Source: a bacterium (GTDB taxonomy: Bacteria; UBP6; UBA1177). From it: 64,000 bases of DNA. A model generated the notes under the pieces. It made no database searches. It saw only the letters and a program-made list of their open reading frames with translations, and was not told where the DNA came from. The translations under genes were made by a program, and so were the position numbers. Positions 1-10,031 of this stretch are shown here, piece by piece; the stretch's first letter is position 1; each line of letters opens with the position of its first letter. The DNA lies in NCBI GenBank assembly GCA_017538365.1, contig JAFYIZ010000047.1:10197-74196 (forward strand), written 5' to 3'.

Positions 1-723
1 CGACTCGTTGCAGTGGACGCTGCCGTTTACGACTTTTCCGATTGCAAGCCTGCCGAGATAGTCGTTGTAGCTCAGATCGGTAACTAACATCTGGAATGGC
101 TGCTTCGGATCGTAAAGCGGACCTTTAGTGAACTCGATTATCTTATCCATGAGGATGTGAAGATTTTCGCCTTTTTCTTCAAGCGTTTCCTGAGCTATAC
201 CGTCACGACCTATCGCGTAGAGAACGGGGAAGTCAAGCTGTTCGTCGTCAGCACCTAAGTCTATGAAAAGATTGCCGATTTCGTTCAGAACTTCCTGCGG
301 ACGGGCATCTTTTCTGTCGATTTTATTTATGACTACCATTATCTGGAGTTTTGCTTCGAGAGCCTTGCGAAGAACGAATCTCGTCTGCGGAAGAGGCCCT
401 TCCGACGCGTCAACGAGAAGTATCGCACTGTCAGCCATGAAAAGTGCACGCTCGACTTCGCCGCCGAAATCAGCGTGTCCGGGAGTGTCGATGATGTTGA
501 TTTTGACGCCTTTCCATACGACCGAGCAGTTTTTCGCAGCGATCGTGATGCCGCGTTCGCGCTCGAGATCCATGTTGTCCATGATCCTGTCGTTTACGAT
601 CTCGCCTTCGCGGAATACGCCGCTCTGCTTGAACATTGCGTCAACAAGTGTAGTTTTGCCGTGGTCAACGTGAGCGATTATCGCCACGTTCCTGATTTTG
701 TCGTTTCTTACTAAATTGCCCAT
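1..723 (-). CDS. typA: Translational GTPase TypA/BipA (5' part; runs off the window start)
   Basis: Manual minus-strand translation from ATG at 723: [28 protein letters not shown], later [24 protein letters not shown] and NKID; absent from the ORF track because it is truncated. Confidence 0.93.
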   Translation of the reverse strand, partial: MGNLVRNDKIRNVAIIAHVDHGKTTLVDAMFKQSGVFREGEIVNDRIMDNMDLERERGITIAAKNCSVVWKGVKINIIDTPGHADFGGEVERALFMADSAILLVDASEGPLPQTRFVLRKALEAKLQIMVVINKIDRKDARPQEVLNEIGNLFIDLGADDEQLDFPVLYAIGRDGIAQETLEEKGENLHILMDKIIEFTKGPLYDPKQPFQMLVTDLSYNDYLGRLAIGKVVNGSVHCNES

Positions 724-828
724 CTGTTTCCTTCATTAAAAGACCGTTTTCAAAAAAACGCGCGTAATTTATTTAGAGTTTTTCCAATTTCAAGAAAAAT
801 ATTGAATTTTGTTGAAAAATCAGCGGAA

Positions 829-1728
829 TCAGAAGAGAAAAACGGTAGAAAGCATGAAGTTGTAACTCTGCATTTCGTGTGTTGCACCGAAAAGACCGAG
901 TTCGATGTTCGTCGGCGAGACGTTGAAAGAGGCTGCCGCTTCGAACCATTTTATCCGGTAGGCGAGCCTGAAAACGAAAAATTCGCGGTGGAAAAGAACG
1001 CCTTTCGCGCTGTAAAGGGCGACTTCGAAGCCTGTGGAGAAGCGGACGTTGTAGAGATCGATGATGTCGAACTGCAGATTCAGGCTGTAGGATTCCCACG
1101 GAACGGAGTTGTTTGCAAGTTTGAGGTTTATTCCTTTTTTGAAGCGTGCTCCGACGCGCAGAAAGGAGAAACCGACCGAAAATTTGAGACCGAAAGCCCA
1201 TTTTTCTTCGGATGTTGCAAAAAGTGAAACCCCGAAACGGTCGCTTTTTTTAGCCCACGGGAAAAATTCGATTCTGTCGGTAAGTTTTATGCCGCCTTTC
1301 AGGAAAATCGGCTTCGGTTTTTCTTCTTTCGGCTGTTCGTTTTCAGCATAAAAACTTTCTTTGAACTCGTCTTTCTGCCACTTAGAAGAAAGATTTTTGA
1401 TTTTTGCCAACTTCTCTGAATCTTTAGGTATTTTGTCCTGATTTTCGTCTTTTTCGTAGATTACGGCGACCATCTCTTCCATGAGGTTGCAGACATCTTC
1501 GGCAGTTATTTCCTTTATCGGCAGAGTTCTTACAAAACCGTTTTCGGCAACTATCGAAAGGGTGTTTTCATCGGGCATTTCAATAAGAAAGTTTATTGAA
1601 GTTTTCTTTTCTTTGTAAAATGCCGTGATCTTGCTGCGCAGCTCTTCGGGGATGTTTTCATCGAAAAAAATGTTCCCGAAAAGTGAAAATGAAAAAAATA
1701 AGCATAAAACAAAGAAAAATGCTTTCAA
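829..1728 (-). CDS. Hypothetical exported protein, possibly with an outer-membrane beta-strand C-terminus
   Basis: 299-aa ORF, signal-peptide-like N-terminus, amphipathic strands and terminal Phe; co-oriented with neighbours. Confidence 0.6.
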   Translation of the reverse strand: MKAFFFVLCLFFSFSLFGNIFFDENIPEELRSKITAFYKEKKTSINFLIEMPDENTLSIVAENGFVRTLPIKEITAEDVCNLMEEMVAVIYEKDENQDKIPKDSEKLAKIKNLSSKWQKDEFKESFYAENEQPKEEKPKPIFLKGGIKLTDRIEFFPWAKKSDRFGVSLFATSEEKWAFGLKFSVGFSFLRVGARFKKGINLKLANNSVPWESYSLNLQFDIIDLYNVRFSTGFEVALYSAKGVLFHREFFVFRLAYRIKWFEAAASFNVSPTNIELGLFGATHEMQSYNFMLSTVFLF

Positions 1729-1739
1729 ATCAAAATCCG

Positions 1740-2264
1740 TCAGTCGTGTTTTTGAATAAATCCCATATTTTCCGAAGTTTCCAAAACATCGGGGTTGGTT
1801 TGGTCTATTCTGAGCATAACATCCGAGAAAAACTTGGCTTTTTCAATATTTTTTTCTTCGATCGCCTTTCGCATCGAAACAAATGCAATGTGCGGGAAAA
1901 CTATTTTTCCGGCATTCAGTTTAACGTGTTCGATATTTTTCGTCATATAGAAAGTGTAAAGCTCATCGCTCCCTTTCTTATATTTTTTATCGTAAAAAGT
2001 GTAGGAAATCGGCGTATATCCGTTCTCTTCCGGCAGGATTTCGAATTCTGACGGTTTGAAAACGAAGCAGTATTCCTCAAAATCACGCTCAGAAAAGACT
2101 TCCTGTGTGGTTTTGTCAAGCAGAATGTAGGCCTGGTGCGTGTTTCCGTCGGTTCTCGCCTGCATGAACTGCGTTACAGGGTTTTGAGATTTTTCAGTTT
2201 TTGTACATGAAATGAAAAATATCGGCAAAAATAAAAAAATGAGAAAAAATCTCTTTAAAATCAT
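1740..2264 (-). CDS. Hypothetical lipoprotein
   Basis: 174 aa; lipobox-like FFISC after a hydrophobic stretch; tight operon spacing. Confidence 0.7.
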   Translation of the reverse strand: MILKRFFLIFLFLPIFFISCTKTEKSQNPVTQFMQARTDGNTHQAYILLDKTTQEVFSERDFEEYCFVFKPSEFEILPEENGYTPISYTFYDKKYKKGSDELYTFYMTKNIEHVKLNAGKIVFPHIAFVSMRKAIEEKNIEKAKFFSDVMLRIDQTNPDVLETSENMGFIQKHD

Positions 2265-2268
2265 GCTC

Positions 2269-3042
2269 TTACCAGTTTTCCATTATCGAAACCGAGCTGC
2301 TGCATCCGATCCTGTCGGCACCAGAGAGCATCATTGCGACAAGTGTTTCTTTGTCTCTGATTCCGCCGGCAGCTTTGACTCCGAGCCTTTTTCCGGCAAC
2401 GGCTCTCAAGAGTTTTACGTCGTCTACAGTCGCTTTGCCGTTGACACCGGTCGAAGTTTTGAGCATGTCTGCTCCGGCAAAAACCGCGATAAGGGCGGCG
2501 TCTATTTTTTCATCCTCGGAAAGTGCTGAAGTTTCCAGTATGACTTTTATGTAAGCCTTTGTTTTTGTTGTGCTTTTTAAAAGCTCAAAGCACTCTTTCA
2601 ATTTTTTGCTTTTGATAAGTCCGATATTTATTACGACATCGATTTCGTCGGCTCCGTCAAGCGCCGCGGTGATTGATTCGGCTGTTTTTGCCGCTGCAGT
2701 TGAAGCTCCGAGAGGAAAGTCTATGACAGTGGCAATGAGAAATTTTGCGTTGTTTTTGCTTCTGAAATCTGCTGCGGTTTTTACCCACATAGGGTTTATG
2801 CAGACTGCTTTGAAACCGAATTCAGCGGCTTCGCGGCAGATTCTGAGAACATCTTCTTCCGCTGCATTGAAGGAAAGGATCGTGTGGTCGATCGCATTGG
2901 CAGCAATTTTTTTGGAAATTTTCGGAGCCGTGTATGTAAATTCAAGGTTTTCTTCGATTTTTTTTGCTTCAAGAGGCGAAATTTCAAGGATTTTCACAAG
3001 TTCCTTAGCTCTTTTTGCAATCTTTTTTTTCAAGTTTTCCAT
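2269..3042 (-). CDS. deoC: Deoxyribose-phosphate aldolase
   Basis: IDHTIL, VIDFPLGA, GADEIDVV, KVILET, KTSTG, VKAAGGIR, GADRIG motifs; ~45-aa N-terminal extension. Confidence 0.95.
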   Translation of the reverse strand: MENLKKKIAKRAKELVKILEISPLEAKKIEENLEFTYTAPKISKKIAANAIDHTILSFNAAEEDVLRICREAAEFGFKAVCINPMWVKTAADFRSKNNAKFLIATVIDFPLGASTAAAKTAESITAALDGADEIDVVINIGLIKSKKLKECFELLKSTTKTKAYIKVILETSALSEDEKIDAALIAVFAGADMLKTSTGVNGKATVDDVKLLRAVAGKRLGVKAAGGIRDKETLVAMMLSGADRIGCSSSVSIMENW

Positions 3043-3061
3043 TTTTATCTCCCCAAAAAAG

Positions 3062-3997
3062 TTAAATATTGCCGTTAAGTTTCATTTCGGCCACTTCGCA
3101 GAGCGTTTTGAAAGTAAATCCACTGTTTTTATAAAAATCTATAACATGCTGGAATCTTTCTATTTTTCTATCGAGTGAAAAGGCAAGATCGGGCTGTTTG
3201 CCTTTCAGCGGCTCAAAATGCTGCGATTCATCCGCGCTGCATAAGTCTATCCCGTGTGCTTCGATATTGATGAAAGTTCTGCTTTTCGAAATTTTCAGCA
3301 TCCATTCAAGCAGGAATGCAGGAAAAGCGATTATCGAAGTGCCGATAAGCGGAATGTTTGCAAGCGGGCATAGGGTCGTCATCGGAAGTTCTACGAAAGT
3401 TCCTTCCTTTTTTATGTCGCGCACGGTTTTATCAATAAATTCAGGTGTATATCTGCCGAAAGCATCGGCAAATGATGAAATGATGGACTTTGATTCATGC
3501 CCTGAAAGTTTTTTCAGATTTATGAGAAGCCACTTTGCAAGGTAATATGAAATCGACGGGAAAAGTGACGAATCATAAGTGTAACCGACTGATTTTAATA
3601 CTGAAATCAAATCTTGAGAAGAATTGTAACCCGGACTTCTGAAACCAAGGCATTTTATACCCGTGGTTTCTTCAAGAAACTCTTTGTTTTTCTTTATTTC
3701 CTGAAAAATTTCATCTTTTGCCATTCTTGTCAGCTGGTAGTTGTGAGAAAAGGAGTGATCTGCGATTTCGTGACCGCTGCGGACGATTTCTCTTAAAATT
3801 TCACTGTTTTTTTCTGAAAATCCGTGTGCCGTAATGAAAAAAGTCCCTTTTATCGAATTTTTGTCGAAAAGTTCGAGAAACCTTCTTATCCCCTTTAGAT
3901 AAATCGGATCTTCGCTGATGCCGGAAGTTTCAATGCCGTGTATCGCGTAGTAGCAGATCAACGGGTCGACATCGACGTTTATACAGGCGATTTTCAT
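3062..3997 (-). CDS. Polysaccharide deacetylase family protein
   Basis: VDVD, TFFIT, GHEIADHSFSH, GFRSPGY, YDSS motifs (NodB/CE4-like). Confidence 0.88.
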   Translation of the reverse strand: MKIACINVDVDPLICYYAIHGIETSGISEDPIYLKGIRRFLELFDKNSIKGTFFITAHGFSEKNSEILREIVRSGHEIADHSFSHNYQLTRMAKDEIFQEIKKNKEFLEETTGIKCLGFRSPGYNSSQDLISVLKSVGYTYDSSLFPSISYYLAKWLLINLKKLSGHESKSIISSFADAFGRYTPEFIDKTVRDIKKEGTFVELPMTTLCPLANIPLIGTSIIAFPAFLLEWMLKISKSRTFINIEAHGIDLCSADESQHFEPLKGKQPDLAFSLDRKIERFQHVIDFYKNSGFTFKTLCEVAEMKLNGNI

Positions 3998-4008
3998 TAA
4001 AACCTCAA

Positions 4009-4446
4009 TTATTTCACCGCTTTTCTCATTTCAAAGTAGGGGAGGCGCGTCATTTGGCAAACTCCGCTTCCCGTTATTTCAAAACCGTTTTTTCTGTAAA
4101 AGTTTATCGCTCTTTCGTTGTCTGCGTAAACTTGCAGGAAAAGCTCGTCTTTTCCTGACATGGCTGAATTTAAAAGCTTGGTTCCGATTCCTCTTCCCCA
4201 GAATTCGGGAAGAACGAAAAGCCCTTCGATGCAGTCAGCGGAAGATGAAACCACGCCGACAACTTTTCCGACATGTTCGTAAACTGAATTTTTACAGCTT
4301 CTAAGAGTGGAAGTGACGAATTTTTTTTTATCTTTTTTAAAAAAATCGGGACTTACATTCAGTGATAGAGCGTTGTTCGACTTTTCATAAACGGTTTCGA
4401 TATCGTGTATGTCGGATTCTTTAAAATTCCTTATCACTTCACGCAA
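4009..4446 (-). CDS. GNAT family N-acetyltransferase
   Basis: LFVLPEFWGRGIGTKLL and NERAINFYRKNGF motifs. Confidence 0.9.
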   Translation of the reverse strand: MREVIRNFKESDIHDIETVYEKSNNALSLNVSPDFFKKDKKKFVTSTLRSCKNSVYEHVGKVVGVVSSSADCIEGLFVLPEFWGRGIGTKLLNSAMSGKDELFLQVYADNERAINFYRKNGFEITGSGVCQMTRLPYFEMRKAVK

Positions 4447-4465
4447 CCAGCTAAATTTATTGCGA

Positions 4466-7345
4466 TTATTCGTAAGCTCCGGCTCTTTTCAGCATGTCTA
4501 CGATATGATAGTTTCCGGTGTATTGAGCCCTTGTGAGAGCCGTTCTTCCTTTGTCGTCTTTTGCGTTGACATCAACTTTTTTGGAAATCAGGAACTGTAC
4601 GACTTTCTCGAAACCTCTGCTTGCCGCAATCATGAGCGGAGTGCTTTTCTGTTTGTCGAGGATATTGTAGTTGGCTCCTTTGTTGAGGATTGTGAGAACC
4701 ACCTGTTCTTCTCTTTTTGCACAGGCATAAAGGAGAACTGTTTCACCTTCCTTGCTTTTTGCTTCAAGGTCTGCGCCTGCTGCAAGGAGCATGTCGATCA
4801 TTTTAGCATTGCCGTTGCGTACTGCATACCAGAGCGGGAAGAGACCGTCGGAAAATCTGCGGTTTACCGATATCTGACGCTGGATAAGATTCTCTGCAAT
4901 GTCGTGATAGTTGTTCAGAACAGCGTAAACCATAAGTTCGTCCTGCTCGGAACGTTTTTCGATAAGCGCATCTTTATTGAGAAGATAAATAACTACGTCG
5001 TGCCTGTTTTCTCTTTTTGCGAGAATAAGCGCCGTGTCGCCGTTTTTATCGGCTGCATCGATTGTCGCCCCTTTTTCGATAAAGGTTTTAACAAACTTGA
5101 TGTGTCCTTTCTTTGCTGCGACGATTAAGGGAGTTTCCCCACTCAAGTTCGCTTTGTTAAGATCTGCGTCTTTCGAAAGAAGAAGTTCAGTTATGTCGTC
5201 GAAATTCTTGTGGAGCGAGATGAGAAGCGGCGTGTTGCCGAAGAGATCCGATGCGTTCAGGAAAGCTCCGTGTTCAAGAAAAAGTTTTACAAGCCCGATG
5301 TTTCCGCGTGATGCTGCAACGAGAAGAGGCGAGTTGCCTTCGCTGTCCTTGAGGTCGATCTGTGCATTGTTTTTAACGAGCATGTGAACCATTCTCGGTT
5401 TGTCGGCAATGACTGCGGAGAGAAGGGCGGTTCTCTTCTTGTTGTCCATCAGATTGATGTTTGCACCGTGCGTTATAAGTGTGTTGGCAACTTCTTTTTT
5501 ATCGTTCTCCACTGCCCACATAAGGACGGTTTTACCGTTTTTGTCCTTGATGTTCATGTTCGCTTTGCCTTCGGCGAGAACTTCGATCATGTCGCGGTTG
5601 TTCGTAAAAGCTGCAATCCAGAGCGCGCTGAGACCGTCGCTGAACTTGGTGTTTACGTTTACGCCAAGCTCTATTAATGTTTTTACGAGTTCTCCGTCAC
5701 CGATGACGAGACCGCGCTGGAGCAGAAAAATTGAATCTTTGCTTTTAAGCTGTGCTCCGTGTTTTTTGAGGAGTTTCGCCATTTCGTATTTGCGTCTTTC
5801 AACACAGTAGGTGATGAGGTTTTTACCGGTTTTGTCGACTGTGTCGACCTTTGCACCGGCATTAAGAAGAAGTTCGGCGATGTCTGTCCTTTCTTTGACT
5901 GCGGCATACCAGAGCAGTGTTAAACCGTCTTCGTAAACTTTGTTGACGTTTGCCTTGAGAAGAGTGAGCGATCTGACTCTGTCGACATCTTCGTTTACAA
6001 CTGCCTGTTTGAGCATTGTATCAGCGTCTGCCGAAGCGAAGCGGACTCCGAATTTCGTGAGCCTGTTGATTACTTCTACATTTCCTGTGTCTATTGCCCA
6101 AGCCAAAAGCGTCTGACCTGCGGAATCCTTAATGTTGACGTTGACTCCGCCTTTAAGATATTCGTCGAAAGCGTTCCAAGCCTGCTTTTCAGCTGCAAGC
6201 CACAAAACTGTCCTGCCGTTTTCAAAGGTAAGGTTGAGCATGGTTTTCTGTTTTGTGACGATTGATGCGAGCCAAGGATCGTTCTTGTCGACCGAAACGC
6301 GCATAAGGGCCGAGCACTCTGTCGATGAAAGCAGTGCTCCTCTGCCGGTGAAATATCCCGCCATAACCTTTTGACCGCCTAAAACTGCGGCAAGAAGCGG
6401 AGACAGCCCCGATTTGTCGTGGTAGTTTATGCTTGCACCTTTAGACAAAAGATCTTTTGCGAGGTCCAGGTCACCCGATTTTGCTGCTTCGACAAGTTCG
6501 TTGTTGACTTCTTCAAGGCTTTTGATTACCGGAATTATCGTGATTTTTTTCTCGGTCTTTTTACCGGATTTAATTTCGATCGCCTCGTCTTTCGTCGTAT
6601 GACCTTCAAGTTCAAATCGGACAGTGTGAGTTCCGGGCTCAATGTCGTTTATCGTACATGGAACGGTGCAGCTTTTCGGAGAGTTGCCTGAAACGTCGAG
6701 AGTGACTTTTACTCCCTGTTTTTCAGATGAAAACTCCGCAGAACCTGGAAGTATCACTTCCGGAACCGGAGCCGGAGCAACAGGTTCTTCCGGAACGACA
6801 TACTCTTTTTGAGCAGTCTCTTTAAAGTTTTCAGCTTTGTATTTTTCAAGTTCTTTGTTCTCTTCCACGAAAACCGGAGTTTCTGTCTTTTTGCCGTGGA
6901 TCATCGAAACTACCGCTTCAAGAGCCTTTTTCATGCCTGCTGCCGTACCGTTGAAGTCGGTTGCGCCCGCTTCGGTCTTTCTTTTGCCGTCGACATAGAT
7001 GTAGTTTACTGTCAGTGTGAAGATTCCGGCAAAGTATTCAATGGATGGAAGTACTACGATGTCGGCTTTCAGAGCTTTTCCGATTTCGACCTGACACTCC
7101 ATCTGGTTGCAGTTTGACCATTCCGGCGAGCGTTTTTTCATATCGTTCAGAGTGCTGTCAGCAATGATGGTGTATTTACCGATGCTCCCTAAAAGTTGGG
7201 TGATGTATTCTTTCGAACCTTTGACGACATCAGGATGAATCTTGCCCGTATTGTCGGAAGTGTCCATAACTACCAGTGTTTCTGCAAACAAATCGGCAAA
7301 AGAAACAATAAAAACAATGAATATGATTCCAAGCAGTTTTTTCAT
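4466..7345 (-). CDS. Exported protein: TolB-N/CsgG-like N-terminal domain, PEGA domain and ~20 ankyrin repeats
   Basis: Signal peptide; CxxxECxVEIGKALxAD motif; PEGA-like PGTHTVRFELEGH; repeated GxTPLxxA...LLxxGAxxN units over about 680 aa. Confidence 0.9.
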   Translation of the reverse strand: MKKLLGIIFIVFIVSFADLFAETLVVMDTSDNTGKIHPDVVKGSKEYITQLLGSIGKYTIIADSTLNDMKKRSPEWSNCNQMECQVEIGKALKADIVVLPSIEYFAGIFTLTVNYIYVDGKRKTEAGATDFNGTAAGMKKALEAVVSMIHGKKTETPVFVEENKELEKYKAENFKETAQKEYVVPEEPVAPAPVPEVILPGSAEFSSEKQGVKVTLDVSGNSPKSCTVPCTINDIEPGTHTVRFELEGHTTKDEAIEIKSGKKTEKKITIIPVIKSLEEVNNELVEAAKSGDLDLAKDLLSKGASINYHDKSGLSPLLAAVLGGQKVMAGYFTGRGALLSSTECSALMRVSVDKNDPWLASIVTKQKTMLNLTFENGRTVLWLAAEKQAWNAFDEYLKGGVNVNIKDSAGQTLLAWAIDTGNVEVINRLTKFGVRFASADADTMLKQAVVNEDVDRVRSLTLLKANVNKVYEDGLTLLWYAAVKERTDIAELLLNAGAKVDTVDKTGKNLITYCVERRKYEMAKLLKKHGAQLKSKDSIFLLQRGLVIGDGELVKTLIELGVNVNTKFSDGLSALWIAAFTNNRDMIEVLAEGKANMNIKDKNGKTVLMWAVENDKKEVANTLITHGANINLMDNKKRTALLSAVIADKPRMVHMLVKNNAQIDLKDSEGNSPLLVAASRGNIGLVKLFLEHGAFLNASDLFGNTPLLISLHKNFDDITELLLSKDADLNKANLSGETPLIVAAKKGHIKFVKTFIEKGATIDAADKNGDTALILAKRENRHDVVIYLLNKDALIEKRSEQDELMVYAVLNNYHDIAENLIQRQISVNRRFSDGLFPLWYAVRNGNAKMIDMLLAAGADLEAKSKEGETVLLYACAKREEQVVLTILNKGANYNILDKQKSTPLMIAASRGFEKVVQFLISKKVDVNAKDDKGRTALTRAQYTGNYHIVDMLKRAGAYE

Positions 7346-7421
7346 AAAAATCCTCCAAACACAAAAAGACGGTGGACTATAACCTAAAAGAATTTTTTTT
7401 GAAGAAAATCAGCGCGGCGGC

Positions 7422-8051
7422 TTAAAGTTTTTCGATTAATGACTCAAAATCGGTGTCATTTCCGCCGCGGCGCATGATTCTTGTCACATATTTCCCCAGA
7501 ATGTCGAATTCAAGGTTGACTTCTACACCTGTTTTGAGAGTTTCGGAGAAGGAAGTTCTCTTTAAAGTTTCCGGAATGAGCGAGATTTTGAATGTGTTTC
7601 CGTCAAGTTCTGCTATTGTCAGGCTGACTCCGTTGACTGTGACTGAGCCGCGCGGAACGGTGAGGTCGGTAAATTTTCTGTCAAAAGTGATTTTGATTTC
7701 GGTTCCGTCACCGATTTTTTTGATTTCGGCTACTTTTCCGCATGAATCGACATGACCCTGCACGATGTGTCCGTCGAATCTTCCGTTTGCAGCCATTGCG
7801 CGTTCTAAATTCACGGTCGAACCGGTGACATATTTTCCTGCGATCGTCTTTTCGAGGGTCGATTTCGAGACGAAAAACGAAATATTTTCTTCTGTAAAAC
7901 TCTCGACGGTGAGGCATACTCCGTCAACCGCTATTGAATCACCGGTTTTGATGTCGCGTCCGAACGGATTCTTGATGCTGATGCGGCATTCGGTACCTTT
8001 TTTTTCGATTTTTGTTACTGTTGAAACCGCTTCGATTATTCCGGTGAACAT
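7422..8051 (-). CDS. ribE: Riboflavin synthase alpha chain
   Basis: MFTGII start, GDSIAVDGVCLT, VNLERA, GHIVQGHVD. Confidence 0.96.
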   Translation of the reverse strand: MFTGIIEAVSTVTKIEKKGTECRISIKNPFGRDIKTGDSIAVDGVCLTVESFTEENISFFVSKSTLEKTIAGKYVTGSTVNLERAMAANGRFDGHIVQGHVDSCGKVAEIKKIGDGTEIKITFDRKFTDLTVPRGSVTVNGVSLTIAELDGNTFKISLIPETLKRTSFSETLKTGVEVNLEFDILGKYVTRIMRRGGNDTDFESLIEKL

Positions 8052-8168
8052 CTGTTTTTCCTCTCAAAGGTCAATAAAAACCTCTTAATTTATGTTAAGG
8101 CGCTGTTTTGTCAAATAAGCCTTCCGGAAAAGGAAAAAAATAAAAAAAATTTTAAGACGTTTTTATTG

Positions 8169-8196
8169 TTGACTTTTAATTTTTGCCAATTAGTAT
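8169..8196 (+). promoter_or_regulatory. Putative sigma70 promoter of the RRM gene
   Basis: TTGACT-16 nt-TAGTAT upstream of 8259. Confidence 0.5.
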
Positions 8197-8258
8197 CGCG
8201 TCACCTTGAGAAATAGTTCTCAGGGTGTGTTTTACAATTGTTTTTTGAGAGAAGAGAC

Positions 8259-8531
8259 ATGAACATTTATGTTGGAAACCTTGCGTACAAAATGAGTGAA
8301 GAAGAACTTAGAGCCGCTTTCGAAGCTTACGGAACAGTTGATTCCGCAAGATTCGTAATCGATCGCGAAACCGGTCGTTCCAAAGGATTCGGTTTTGTTG
8401 AAATGCCGGTAAAAGAAGAAGCTATGGCTGCGATCGAAGGCCTCAACGGAACCGAGCTTGCAGGCAGAACAGTTACTGTCAACGAAGCACGTCCGCGCGA
8501 AGAGAGACCGAGAGGCGGTTTCAGAAAGTAA
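8259..8531 (+). CDS. RRM-domain RNA-binding protein
   Basis: RNP2 IYVGNL and RNP1 KGFGFVEM; start moved to ATG 8259. Confidence 0.95.
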   Translation: MNIYVGNLAYKMSEEELRAAFEAYGTVDSARFVIDRETGRSKGFGFVEMPVKEEAMAAIEGLNGTELAGRTVTVNEARPREERPRGGFRK

Positions 8532-8573
8532 TTCTTTAAGATTCGCAAATAGATCCCACGCATTTTTGTTTCT

Positions 8574-8604
8574 TGCCTGAGTTTTTTAGCTCAGGCATTT
8601 TTTT
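8574..8604 (+). terminator. Rho-independent terminator
   Basis: TGCCTGAG...CTCAGGCA stem followed by T7. Confidence 0.8.
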
Positions 8605-8673
8605 ATCCCTGTTTTTTGTAGTTTTCATCACTTTTTTATGCTATAAGCGAACGCCTTTTTGATGGAGTTGTAG

Positions 8674-9552
8674 ATGATTACCGAATGTCCGAACTGCAAC
8701 AAGGCGATATCGGTCGCTAACAGCGGGATGGTCAGATGTCCGAAATGCGGAGCTCTTGTTTTTATAGGCGATCCGCTGAAAGACGAGAAAAACAGTGTTG
8801 TTGATTCCGCACCGGAAGAGCGTAAAGAAAGTAACAAGGAAGCCGAAATAAACGAAAATATTAAGAAAATCCAGTCGGTTCTTAAAAAAATAACGATTGT
8901 GACTGATTCGGGAACGCCCTGGGACCGCGTTTCGCAGCTCGGTTTCGCCGACGCCTTTTTTCTTACGACAAAAGAGCTTCTGCTGACTCCGGAAGCGTTT
9001 TTCTACAAAATGAAAGTCTGTAAAAAGCCTTCGTTTCTTCCTCTTTACGGCATTATCGCGGCTTTTGCGGCTTCTCTTTTCCAGATTTTCTGGGCTTTGA
9101 AATTTTTCCAGACCGCTTTTCCCGATTTCGCTTCTTTCAAAGCGGCGGTCTCTTCGTCAGGAGGTTCGGTACTTCCTCTGCTGAAGGACGAAGCTGCTTT
9201 AAAAGCGGTTTTCGACATTATGAATCCCGATGCGGCGATGCTTGTCACCCAGCTTTTGATTTCTCCTTTCATGGCGATAGTTTTTACAGCTTTCATTCTC
9301 CACACGGGAAGCACTCTTTTAGGTGCAAACACGCGGCTCGTACATTTCTACAGAATGTCGAGTTTTATAATGGTGACAGGATTGCTTAATATTATCCCGG
9401 TGTTGGGAAATATCACCTCTTTTGTGTGGCGTGCCGTTCTCGTTTACAAAGGGGGAAGGATTCTGAACGGATTTAACGAAAGAAAAGCGAGAGTTTTTCT
9501 CGTTTTCTATATTTTTATGCAGATTCTTTTTATCGGATTGGGGATGCTATGA
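8674..9552 (+). CDS. Zinc-ribbon + Yip1-like membrane protein
   Basis: CPNC...CPKC; GTPWD...FFLTTKELLLTPEAFF; several TM segments. Confidence 0.7.
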   Translation: MITECPNCNKAISVANSGMVRCPKCGALVFIGDPLKDEKNSVVDSAPEERKESNKEAEINENIKKIQSVLKKITIVTDSGTPWDRVSQLGFADAFFLTTKELLLTPEAFFYKMKVCKKPSFLPLYGIIAAFAASLFQIFWALKFFQTAFPDFASFKAAVSSSGGSVLPLLKDEAALKAVFDIMNPDAAMLVTQLLISPFMAIVFTAFILHTGSTLLGANTRLVHFYRMSSFIMVTGLLNIIPVLGNITSFVWRAVLVYKGGRILNGFNERKARVFLVFYIFMQILFIGLGML

Positions 9553-10031
9553 ATTTAAGGGTAGGGAGCGGATTCGACGTCCACAGATTTGAAGAGGGAA
9601 GAGAGCTCTTTTTAGGCGGGATTCTGATTGAAAACCACATCGGGCTTGCCGGTCACAGCGATGCCGACGTGCTGATCCACGCTGTAATCGACGCTCTTCT
9701 GGGAGCAACGGCGATCGGTGATATAGGAGAACTTTTTCCCGATACCGACAACGCTTTCAAAAATATAAGGAGCACGATCCTGCTTGAAAAAGTCGTCTCA
9801 GAACTTCATTCGCGCGGCTGGCAGATCGTAAACGTAGATTCGACCGTCATCTGCGAAACGCCGAAAATCAGCAGATATAAGCTTCAGATGAGAGAAAAAC
9901 TGGCTGAAATAATGCAGATCCCGCTTGACTGTGTAATGGTCAAGGGAAAAACCACCGAAAAACTCGGTTTTACCGGCAGAAAAGAGGGTATCGCGGCTAT
10001 GTCCACAGCACTTTTGGAGAAAAAATCATGA
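9549..10031 (+). CDS. ispF: 2-C-methyl-D-erythritol 2,4-cyclodiphosphate synthase
   Basis: RVGSGFDVH, GHSDADVLIHA, KGKTTEKLGFTGRKEGIA. Confidence 0.97.
   Translation: MNLRVGSGFDVHRFEEGRELFLGGILIENHIGLAGHSDADVLIHAVIDALLGATAIGDIGELFPDTDNAFKNIRSTILLEKVVSELHSRGWQIVNVDSTVICETPKISRYKLQMREKLAEIMQIPLDCVMVKGKTTEKLGFTGRKEGIAAMSTALLEKKS

Noticed and set aside
263-714. Plus-strand ORFs 263-673 and 475-714
   Set aside because: Antisense to typA, which has clear GTPase motifs
8052-8160. FMN riboswitch upstream of ribE
   Set aside because: No RFN consensus blocks, and the intergenic space is short and AT-rich
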